Assembly: GCA_046538485.1 (NCBI GenBank)
Contig: JBKHIT010000085.1
Span: forward strand, 1-14,608
Direction: 5' to 3'
Length of the DNA stretch: 14,608 nt
From: Candidatus Brocadiia bacterium
GTDB lineage: Bacteria > Planctomycetota > Brocadiia > SM23-32
In this document: one piece after another, positions 1 to 9,724 of the stretch
Layout: the number at the start of each line of letters is the position of its first letter
How positions within the stretch are numbered: the stretch's first letter is position 1
The notes under the pieces: model-generated
Database searches by the model: none
Told to the model about the DNA's origin: nothing
Seen by the model: the letters and a program-made list of their open reading frames with translations, nothing else
Program-made: the position numbers and the translations under genes

Positions 1-74
1 TCACCGTTTGACAAACGTAGACTGAGTAACGAGCCATGACGGCTCACGCGCCCCTAAGGGGCGCTTTTACCCAG
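1..74 (-). ncRNA. Putative 5' portion of a HEARO / IscB-IsrB omegaRNA-like scaffold (IS200/IS605-type end), truncated by the window edge
   Basis: Minus strand reads GGGTAA-AA-GCGCCCC-TTA-GGGGCGC-GT-GAGCC-GTCAT-GGCTC-G-TTACTC-AG-T-CTACGTT-TGTCAAACGG-TGA. A closing stem (72-67 with 29-24) encloses two hairpins (64-48, 45-31), followed by AG and CTACGTT-N10-TGA. This matches my recollection of the HEARO/omegaRNA 5' layout. No covariance search was run. Confidence 0.5.
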
Positions 75-158
75 GATAAGGGTGATCGGTGAGCGGTGTC
101 AGTAATCGGTTTTGCGGCAACGGGTTACGATAATAACGTCGAAACGTATCACGTCATT

Positions 159-745
159 TCAAGTGAAAACAGTGATCTTCTGGACGAAATTCTGAAGGTT
201 CTCCGCCACCTCAGCCACTCTCCCTGGCCCCAATTTTACCTCGAACGCGCCCCATCGCCCGTCGGGTAACTCCACGATCGCATCGATCTCTACACCCCGG
301 CTCATCCCGATAATGGCAGACCTGACCGTCAAGAGCCTGCGCAAAAACCCGAAGGTCTCCTATTACCAGCGACTCGAAGAGAAACCCCATGTAGTTCAGG
401 TCACCTAAAAGTCTCTCCGGTCCGGTCTTCAGAGCGGCAACGGCCAGCGACGGATCGATAAAATGGCGCTTCGGTAATTGGCGCAGACGAATTTTTGATC
501 GCAAATGCGTCGCCCACGCCGGCTGATCTTCGATGATTCGCAGCCGGGAAAGAACGTCCAGATACTCCCTGATCGTCTGCGGATGGACTGTTCCATCGGT
601 CTCTGCTGCGTCTCGGGCGAGAGTCGCCGCTGAAACGGTGGTTGAGACATTTCGTGCCAGAGAGTGCAAAAGCGCTCCGACTTTCTTGGGCTCTCTATTC
701 TTGGATCAACCCGGCCGATATCCGCCCGTTTGATTTCTTCGGCCC
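159..745 (-). pseudogene. Fragment of AAA+ ATPase with DUF4143 C-terminal domain; two frameshifts, N- and C-terminally truncated
   Basis: Three frames join into one homologous run: AEEIKRADIGRVD / (1 nt missing near 703) KNREPKKVGALLHSLARNVST...YLDVLSRLRIIEDQPAW...PKRHFIDPSLAVAAL...GFLFESLV...VCHYRDE / (1 nt extra near 295-300) RGVEIDAIVELPDGRWGAFEVKLG. No Walker A region is present, and similarity ends at about 745 at a terminator. Confidence 0.85.
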
Positions 746-775
746 AAAAAAAGGCCACCGTGCGGTCTGTGGCCT
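746..775 (-). terminator. Rho-independent terminator
   Basis: Minus strand AGGCCAC-agaccgcacg-GTGGCCT running into a T7 tract (A-run at 746-752 on +). Confidence 0.7.
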
Positions 776-857
776 CCACAGGGGCCTGGTGTCTCTTCGG
801 CTCGGGTCCGGCGAGGATCAGCCGCGGGGACTGTCGCTCGGGTTGTCCTTTTATTCT

Positions 858-885
858 ATCGTATGCGATCTGCTCCGTGTCGCAA
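858..885 (-). promoter_or_regulatory. Possible sigma70-type promoter
   Basis: TTGCGA (885-880), 16-nt spacer, TACGAT (863-858). An alternative -10 TAGAAT lies at 858-853. The site is overlapped by the inverted repeat TGCGA-N11-TCGCA (864-884). Confidence 0.35.
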
Positions 886-932
886 GGGGGTAGCAAAGCT
901 TTTTCTTCACAAACAGTTTACGGGTACAGAAA

Positions 933-994
933 GCAGCGACACCGCGTTGCTTGCGGCGCCGCCTGCGATGTCTGCGGCAGCGATTGGTTGGTTG
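933..994 (-). mobile_element. Degenerate/truncated attC-like site
   Basis: About 8 nt after the DUF6868 stop, the minus strand reads CAACCAAC-CAATCGCTGC..., then a 10-bp GC-rich hairpin (962-953/945-936, two G-T pairs). No intact right arm or GTTRRRY follows. Confidence 0.35.
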
Positions 995-1001
995 TGTATT
1001 A

Positions 1002-1250
1002 TCATCCAATGATCGCGAGAGCAATCCACGGCACAATATTGAAAACATATACGAATAGCTTATATGCGCCGATAAAGCAGTAGAACACCACATTGAACGT
1101 TTCCCGAGGCATCGGGAACCACTTGCTGTGTATTCTGTACACGAAGTCACCGGCGAAAGCGAATATCATAAAAGAGAACACAAGCAGCGCGACGTTTATA
1201 ATAGTGCACCACATGAAGAATCTGGTCACCGTCTCAATATTGATCATCAT
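1002..1250 (-). CDS. Small two-TM membrane protein, DUF6868-like
   Basis: 82 aa with FFMWCTIIN...VYRIHSKWF...Y..IG.YKL...FNIVPWIAL pattern and two hydrophobic segments. Purine-rich RBS (AAAGGGA); start at 1250 or 1247. Confidence 0.8.
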   Translation of the reverse strand: MMINIETVTRFFMWCTIINVALLVFSFMIFAFAGDFVYRIHSKWFPMPRETFNVVFYCFIGAYKLFVYVFNIVPWIALAIIG

Positions 1251-1418
1251 TTCCCTTTTTCACTATTGTCCTCTGTTCACCCAACTGGTTATTATCCCCC
1301 GATTACCTTTTGCTGAGCGGGGTACACTCCAACGCCTAATCCTGCATCAGATACCCACGCGATTGACGTGCATATCGTCTGGCCCGACTTTGTGCTCCAG
1401 CCCGCTTCCCCTCGGCTC

Positions 1419-2699
1419 CTATTTTTCCTCCGCAGCTGCCAGCATTTCAACCTTCGGCCTCGAAACATAAAGTACGGGCATGTCGCCGGCCTCCGTCACA
1501 AAATACGGGATGTGGTAGATCCCACACCTGCCTCCGCCGCCCGTGGGGTCGACCTGCACCCACCCTTCGTCTTCAATCAATACCTCAGCCCAGATGTGCC
1601 CGTCAGCCCCGTAGAGCCATCCACCGACCTGGCGACTCGGGATACCGGAGGCGCGGCACAACGTGGCGAAACAGTCGGCAAAATCCCAGCATTGACCGTA
1701 CCCTTGCTTCAGGACTTTCTTAACGCCCCACCGCGACCCAGTGACCGGTCCGCCGAACCGTATGTTTTTTCCGGGCGTAAGCCACGTGAGTATGGCATCC
1801 ACTTTCGCAATACATCCTTTGTGACCCTTCGTGATATGCCGGGCAAGTTTGATGATATCCGGATCATCGGCAGGCCAGTATTCGGTTGCCGCTGTGAGAC
1901 GATCGCTCCCCTCCCTTTTGGTCGGCGTGACGCCATCGCTTCGGGTCTTTATCCGGGCCACGAGTGTGACATAGGGAATTCCCAACCACTCGCTCTTGTC
2001 CTCAAACACATATCTCACACTCTCCCCCCTTGGATCCGTCTCCTTTTGAGCCACCCGGGGTGTGAAGCGGTACGACGGCTTTATTTCCTCCCGGGGGGTC
2101 GTTCGGAGCGATATCTGCTTGCCGAACCGAAATTTCTCCAAAAGTTTCCGGACTCGAGCTCTGGCTTTCTTGTGATCGGGGTTATTCCGCACTTTCAGGC
2201 AGAGCTGGTACAGCTCGTTGAACGACATGTAATCACACCGCACGATCGGCGCGATATCGGCCCTGATGCGGTAGCGGACGGTCGCTGGTTTCGGCACAAA
2301 TCCAAGTTCGTAACCGGCTTTCTTTGCAAGCTGCATGTTTCCGCCCACGAACTCGATCACCCTCTTCTTCCTGCGAAGACAAAAAGCCCCATCCCCTTTC
2401 AACGCCGACACGCTGGAATATATTTTTTTCGCATCCTCTTTGGACGGACAATCAATCAGGTTCACCTGGATCCGTCGTCCGTGCACGGAGAGCACGGTAT
2501 TTGACAGGCTCTCAATACGCGCTCCGAGCTTGCCCTCTATGGCGGGGAGCTGATCCGCGGAGACCCGGAAGGATTTGACGATCCCCCAGCCGGACGGCAG
2601 GTTTTTGAAACAACTGTCTATTCCCTTGCGCCGCGCTCCCGAAACAACAGCGGTTGCAAACAAGAGCAGCCCAAACGACATCCTCTTGAACCATTTCAT
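1419..2699 (-). CDS. Secreted transglutaminase-like domain protein
   Basis: Catalytic triad motifs GQCWDFA, HIWAEV, GWVQVDPT. Signal-peptide-like N-terminus (MKWFKRMSFGLLLFATAVVSG). GAGGAG RBS 8 nt before the ATG at 2699. Confidence 0.88.
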   Translation of the reverse strand: MKWFKRMSFGLLLFATAVVSGARRKGIDSCFKNLPSGWGIVKSFRVSADQLPAIEGKLGARIESLSNTVLSVHGRRIQVNLIDCPSKEDAKKIYSSVSALKGDGAFCLRRKKRVIEFVGGNMQLAKKAGYELGFVPKPATVRYRIRADIAPIVRCDYMSFNELYQLCLKVRNNPDHKKARARVRKLLEKFRFGKQISLRTTPREEIKPSYRFTPRVAQKETDPRGESVRYVFEDKSEWLGIPYVTLVARIKTRSDGVTPTKREGSDRLTAATEYWPADDPDIIKLARHITKGHKGCIAKVDAILTWLTPGKNIRFGGPVTGSRWGVKKVLKQGYGQCWDFADCFATLCRASGIPSRQVGGWLYGADGHIWAEVLIEDEGWVQVDPTGGGGRCGIYHIPYFVTEAGDMPVLYVSRPKVEMLAAAEEK

Positions 2700-2965
2700 A
2701 ATTTCCACTCCTCACCCACTCCGGATCAGTAAATACAGAGCGTTCGCTTTTCTATTTCGGTCCGAAAGTTACCTGCAATGGGAAAATCCCGGCTCATCCC
2801 AATGTCACACCTCCTGCTAATTGAAACCATCTCGGGTTTTCCGAACCCCTTTATACGGTATTTCCTGATTGCGCCAAAGGCATTTTTTGAGGATCATACT
2901 GAGATAATAAGAGAATGGCGAAACACGACAAAAGGCCCCTCCGATAATGCGTCAGGAGATAGCCA

Positions 2966-3838
2966 GTGGTCAAAACTCAGGTCCAAAGCGCAACCGATGA
3001 AATCCTGGGAAGCATCGAGAATACGGTTAACGACGTTTTAAATAAGCTCCCCCTACCGGGAAAAGTCGAAACTTCAACTTCTGTGTTGCATCCTGGAAAG
3101 ATGCTGAGGAGCCGTTTTGCTGTCCGAATTGCCCGTGATCTCGCCCAGAAACCCGAACGGCACCGCCTGAGGAATGCTTGCGCGGCCGTCGAAATCGTCC
3201 ACACAGCTTCTCTCTGTCACGACGATCTCATTGACGATGGACGGTTTCGGCGTGGGCAACCATGCCTTTGGCGCACATCAAGCCCCCCAGAAGCCATTCT
3301 CACCGGTGATATGCTGCTCTGTGCATCTATCAAATTGGTGATGGACGCCGGAGCGGGACGCGAGTTCCTCCAGAAAATTACCGAAACCTGCGCCGGCGAA
3401 ACACGGCACGAAATGAAGCATCAGCCAGAATGCTCCCCAGCAGAATGGTGTATTGAGATGGCTCGGGGAAAAACGGGCCCGTTTTTCGCTTTCCTCGGCT
3501 GGTTCTGTGGTCAGCCGGATCCAGAACTCGCCACCGCCCTGGAAGAAACCGGATACGATATCGGCACAGCTTACCAGCTCGCCGATGACTTGCTGGACGC
3601 TACGGGGGACGAAGCTGTGGTCGGCAAGACTCTGGGGCTCGACGAAGCGCGCGGGAAATTGACGCTCCCCCGGCTGCCCGGAGGAAAGCAGAAATGCCGC
3701 CGCCAAATTAAGTCGATTGTCCAAAGGATATCCGAAAATTTGCTCCTCTGGCCAAAAGCAAAAGACGGTGTTGAGCGTTTCCTGTTTCAAGACTTGAAAC
3801 CTGTTCTGGATCGTTTTGCAATTGACGTGGGTATCTGA
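2966..3838 (+). CDS. Polyprenyl diphosphate synthase (trans-IPPS; hepta/octaprenyl-type)
   Basis: GKMLR, first Asp-rich motif HTASLCHDDLIDD..RRG, KTG, second motif YQLADDLLD, GKTLGLD..GKLTLP. AGGAG RBS before the GTG. Confidence 0.92.
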   Translation: MVKTQVQSATDEILGSIENTVNDVLNKLPLPGKVETSTSVLHPGKMLRSRFAVRIARDLAQKPERHRLRNACAAVEIVHTASLCHDDLIDDGRFRRGQPCLWRTSSPPEAILTGDMLLCASIKLVMDAGAGREFLQKITETCAGETRHEMKHQPECSPAEWCIEMARGKTGPFFAFLGWFCGQPDPELATALEETGYDIGTAYQLADDLLDATGDEAVVGKTLGLDEARGKLTLPRLPGGKQKCRRQIKSIVQRISENLLLWPKAKDGVERFLFQDLKPVLDRFAIDVGI

Positions 3839-3885
3839 GTGGTCGGGGTCGTAAATACGCTCAAGTTTTCCAAAAGTTGGCAGTT

Positions 3886-4821
3886 ATGCAAAGAGAGGTA
3901 GAAGATACAAACTCGGGCAGCGACCGTTACGGAAACCGCTTACTTGCCGTATTCAGGGCCACCCGACCTTTCTCTTTCCCGGTATCGTTTCTCCCCGTAA
4001 TTATCGGTTTTGCGGCCGTTTCGCCTGCCTCCCAATGGCATTGTCTTTTGAGCTTAGCAACGCTCGCGATCGCCTTGCTTCTTCACGCATCGGGCAATCT
4101 GTTCAACGATTATTTTGATTTTATCAGCCGAGTGGATACTTTCCGGGATGAAGGCAGCGGACGCCCGGGGAGAATGCTGGTGGCCGGAAAAGTAAATCCC
4201 GGCTTCTTCCTCGCGGAAGCACTGGCGTGTCTGGCCATCGCGCTCGTTCCGCTCACGTATATCATCTGGGCTCGAGACCTGTGGGCACTTGCTTTCTTTG
4301 TGCCCGGGGCTCTGCTCCTTTACGCCTACACCGGACCGCCCTTCAAGCTGAAATACAAAGCGCTGGGGGAACTGACCATTTTCGTAACGTTCGGTCCGCT
4401 CATGATGGGGGCTGCGGCCTGGGTGCAGACCGGACGTCTGAATCCGAGCGTGCTACTGCTTTCCCTGTCAGCCGGATTTTTGACTGCCGGGATGGTGGCG
4501 GGGAATAACGCCCGCGACTATGATGAGGACCGCGAGGCGGGCATTAAAACCTCCGCGCAGATTCTCGGGCGCCGGGAGGGAGCATTGTTGCATGTTGTCC
4601 TCGTGATGATCGGCGCGCTCGTGCCGGCCTTTCTCAGCGTGGCCCAAAAAGCTCCCTGGTTCCTGGCTTTCACTCCGGCGGCGCTCCTCTTTCATCTCAA
4701 ACCGATGCAGAAACTTCTCGATGGGAAACATGTACCGGACATCGACGTCAGGACAGCCAGGCTTGAGGGGCTAATTTTCGGATATACACTGGTATGTTTA
4801 ATTGTTTCCGGGGGCATGTAA
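3886..4821 (+). CDS. menA: UbiA-family prenyltransferase, MenA-like (1,4-dihydroxy-2-naphthoate polyprenyltransferase)
   Basis: ATRPFSF, NLFNDYFD, YTGPPFKLKYKALGE, NNARDYDEDREAGIKT motifs and multiple TM helices. Start is ATG 3886 or TTG 3877. Confidence 0.85.
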   Translation: MQREVEDTNSGSDRYGNRLLAVFRATRPFSFPVSFLPVIIGFAAVSPASQWHCLLSLATLAIALLLHASGNLFNDYFDFISRVDTFRDEGSGRPGRMLVAGKVNPGFFLAEALACLAIALVPLTYIIWARDLWALAFFVPGALLLYAYTGPPFKLKYKALGELTIFVTFGPLMMGAAAWVQTGRLNPSVLLLSLSAGFLTAGMVAGNNARDYDEDREAGIKTSAQILGRREGALLHVVLVMIGALVPAFLSVAQKAPWFLAFTPAALLFHLKPMQKLLDGKHVPDIDVRTARLEGLIFGYTLVCLIVSGGM

Positions 4822-4938
4822 AAGCGGGGGCTACGTATTCCGCTGGGAAAACACCGCCTCGCAAAAAAGGAACGACACACCGGTGATGAATCGAAGCCTC
4901 CCGCTAAACGCAAGGTGCGACGTGAAGAGGGCTTTCTT

Positions 4939-4967
4939 TTGCCCAAATACCAGCATTCCGTTATAGT
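4939..4967 (+). promoter_or_regulatory. sigma70-type promoter for metK-ahcY
   Basis: TTGCCC (4939-4944), 17-nt spacer, TATAGT (4962-4967), about 70 nt upstream of the metK ATG. Confidence 0.6.
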
Positions 4968-5038
4968 ATTGTCTCTTTTCAATGTCTGACCCCACGATTC
5001 GGGCAGTGGTTTTCTCAGATTGCCCGGGAGGACTCCAC

Positions 5039-6202
<1,164 letters not shown>

Positions 6203-6211
6203 TTCCGATGA

Positions 6212-7528
<1,317 letters not shown>

Positions 7529-7559
7529 TCGAGGAAAGGGATCTGCCAGGACACCGCGG

Positions 7560-8675
7560 TTAGTTGGGCGAGTTATTCGTTCTGACTCGCGGCGTTCGGG
7601 CGAGTTCGCAGCCCACACGATAGGCTGACATCGGGGCGTAATTGAGACGGGTATTTTCCTGAAAATATTGCCGAACCGCGCCAGGCCCCACTTCGGCCTG
7701 GCGGGCAATCGCCAAGTACAGGGCTTTCTTCGTTTCGAATTGCTCCATCAAGTTCGGCAACAAAACACGCATTCGTTCAACTGGCACCCCCCTGTATTTG
7801 TCGGGAATTTGCAATTTCTCCCCCCGGGCGGTTTTTCCCAGCCAGCTCTCCAAACATCTCTTTACTTTTACCTGAATCCGCCCGGCTTTTTCCGATCCGG
7901 TGAGTGCTTTATGCACTGCCGCATAACTCAAACCTGTCTGCGCTGATATGGCACGGTGCATCGAGCTGTGGCTTCGAAACATCAATCGGCGTCGGCTCCG
8001 TTCCAGCCATTCGCCCGGATCTTCCTCGCCAACCATCTCCTCAATCGGAATCAGGCCGGTCCGATAGCGACCGTCCAGCTCCCGAAAAACCTGCCGGATG
8101 CAATAAGGCATCGTCCGCACAACAGGATCCGGCCGGAACCGTTCCTCAACTGTGCCGTAGGACATTTCAATACCACGATCGCGAAATTCTTGCTGGATAT
8201 GGTTGATCAAATCCGTCCGCGCCAGCGTTTGGTCCCCGGCGTAATCTTCTAATATCTGTTGAAATTCCTCAACGCTGATAAAGCGCCTCTCCAACAAGCC
8301 CCGATGGCCATCTCTCATTACCACATCCGCAAGGCGATCCCGCATTGGGGAGGGCAGGCTCTGGAGAAGTGAGCAAAATTGCGCTTTTGGTACCCGGTTC
8401 AACTCGGAGAGTTCGCTGGCCAGTTCTTCAACCAACGACTGAAGCTTCGCCCTCATGCCCCTGACGATAACCTCCGGCAGCGGACTACGATGACACTCAT
8501 TATCACCGTTTTCCAGCACCTTCTTCAGGGCAAGCTCTCCACGGACATTCTTCGCAAGTTCTTCCACCAGAGCTTCTTCATCCACCGTGTGACCAATAGC
8601 TTCAAGAATCTGAGAATAACGCCCGTATTCTTCCAAAAACTCCTGCGCGTTATTCTGCTGGTCCGTTTGAGTCAC
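7560..8675 (-). CDS. Hypothetical protein with three tandem HTH-like repeats (putative DNA-binding protein)
   Basis: 371-aa ORF convergent with ahcY, helical and charged composition, AGGA before the GTG start. Internal repeats at aa ~132-200, ~208-278 and ~296-358. Confidence 0.75.
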   Translation of the reverse strand: MTQTDQQNNAQEFLEEYGRYSQILEAIGHTVDEEALVEELAKNVRGELALKKVLENGDNECHRSPLPEVIVRGMRAKLQSLVEELASELSELNRVPKAQFCSLLQSLPSPMRDRLADVVMRDGHRGLLERRFISVEEFQQILEDYAGDQTLARTDLINHIQQEFRDRGIEMSYGTVEERFRPDPVVRTMPYCIRQVFRELDGRYRTGLIPIEEMVGEEDPGEWLERSRRRLMFRSHSSMHRAISAQTGLSYAAVHKALTGSEKAGRIQVKVKRCLESWLGKTARGEKLQIPDKYRGVPVERMRVLLPNLMEQFETKKALYLAIARQAEVGPGAVRQYFQENTRLNYAPMSAYRVGCELARTPRVRTNNSPN

Positions 8676-8745
8676 TTTAAGATTTCCTGTAAAGATTTGA
8701 TTTTCGCCACATGCACTCGTATTTCAACTCTCCAAAGAGCTTTAA

Positions 8746-8761
8746 TGCAATCGCTATGCCG
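8746..8761 (-). promoter_or_regulatory. sigma54 (-24/-12) promoter
   Basis: Minus strand CGGCATAGCGATTGCA has exact GG-N10-GC spacing and TTGCA at -12, about 70 nt upstream of the 8675 start. Confidence 0.65.
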
Positions 8762-8888
8762 CCTTCCCATGCTTTCAACAGCCATAGAATCTCAGTGTCG
8801 TAACAAAGTCCTATTCAAGACCTTACATACTTGAAGCTTTAAACGGTTCTAATTTCCTGTCCAAAGAAATTGCCTGCCGCCCCTTAGC

Positions 8889-8907
8889 TGTAACTCTTAA
8901 AGTTACA
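8889..8907. promoter_or_regulatory. Inverted-repeat operator / possible enhancer (UAS)
   Basis: Perfect TGTAACT-N5-AGTTACA, about 130-145 bp upstream of the sigma54 site. Confidence 0.5.
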
Positions 8908-8935
8908 CTGTGACTCCGCCAAGGTAAGAATGAAA

Positions 8936-9523
8936 TTATGGAACGACATTAGAAGGTGGCGGTGGCGGCGGATCCGTTTCTTCCGGTACCGCTACCTCCC
9001 CTTCTGCTCTCGGTAGATCGTCGCGTTTTTCCCACAAAATCTCGGCCCCTCCCGTCGCGCGTGAGAAAACCGGCGCTTTTTTGGTCTCACGAAGCAGGAA
9101 AGATCCCTCAGGCATGGTGTTATGCAATAAAGCCCCCAGAATCCCGCAGACGATCACCCCCTTTACCACCCCGAGCATAGCTCCCGTAATGCGATCAGGG
9201 GTGGCTACCCTCAACGCATCGATTGTGAAACCACCCAGATATTCCACAATAGAAGTACCAATAAGAATCCCTCCAAAAATAATCCCGAAACAAAGGATTT
9301 CGCGCGCAGGATCGCTCCAGAAGTTTCCGATCTTGCCGGCAAAGTCGGCATGATAACGGACCGCGACCCAGTAAGCTCCGACCCAGGCGACAATGCGGAC
9401 GATCTGCCAGGCAAACCCCGATCGGAAGCCAAAATACGCGCTGAGGACCACAATTACGACGAGAACAACATCAGTAAAATACAACCAGCTCACCGATATT
9501 GCAGCCATAGCGGCAAAGGTCAT
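8936..9523 (-). CDS. cvpA: CvpA family (colicin V production) membrane protein
   Basis: D.V...SAYFGFRSGF.WQI and DRITGAMLGVVKG motifs, four TM segments, Pro-rich C-terminal tail, AGGAG/GGAG upstream. Confidence 0.88.
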   Translation of the reverse strand: MTFAAMAAISVSWLYFTDVVLVVIVVLSAYFGFRSGFAWQIVRIVAWVGAYWVAVRYHADFAGKIGNFWSDPAREILCFGIIFGGILIGTSIVEYLGGFTIDALRVATPDRITGAMLGVVKGVIVCGILGALLHNTMPEGSFLLRETKKAPVFSRATGGAEILWEKRDDLPRAEGEVAVPEETDPPPPPPSNVVP

Positions 9524-9724
9524 CTCTTTCTCCGTCTCCTGCTCGAAATCGTGATAAGAGCGGCCATTTTCTCAGTTTACTCATTGTCGAAACCTGATTG
9601 CAATAATTCAGAACGTTTTCCCCTCAATCTACATGTTTGTGCGCCCTGCTCCCGAATCTCAGCGGTTTAGAATCTGCCGTAAAAACAAATCCAAGCCCCA
9701 TTGGCGGAACTTTTAAGCGGGCAA

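Noticed and set aside
48..68. Plus-strand terminator (GCGCCCC-TAA-GGGGCGC-TTTT)
   Set aside because: Not excluded, but the T-tract is only 4 nt and the hairpin is better explained as part of the larger minus-strand omegaRNA-like fold.
429..1150. ORFs 429-896, 664-1083, 642-893 and 851-1150 as independent genes
   Set aside because: No RBS or family motifs. Only a short piece of 429-896 (AEEIKRADIGRVD) is meaningful, as part of the DUF4143 pseudogene.
1368..2504. 378-aa plus-strand ORF
   Set aside because: Antisense shadow of the transglutaminase gene, which has clear catalytic motifs; the translation has no recognisable features.
2755..2844. TTTCGG-T-CCGAAA and TCGG-N5-CCGA palindromes in the divergent intergenic region
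   Set aside because: Short, with inconsistent spacing and no regulator to link them to; could be chance.
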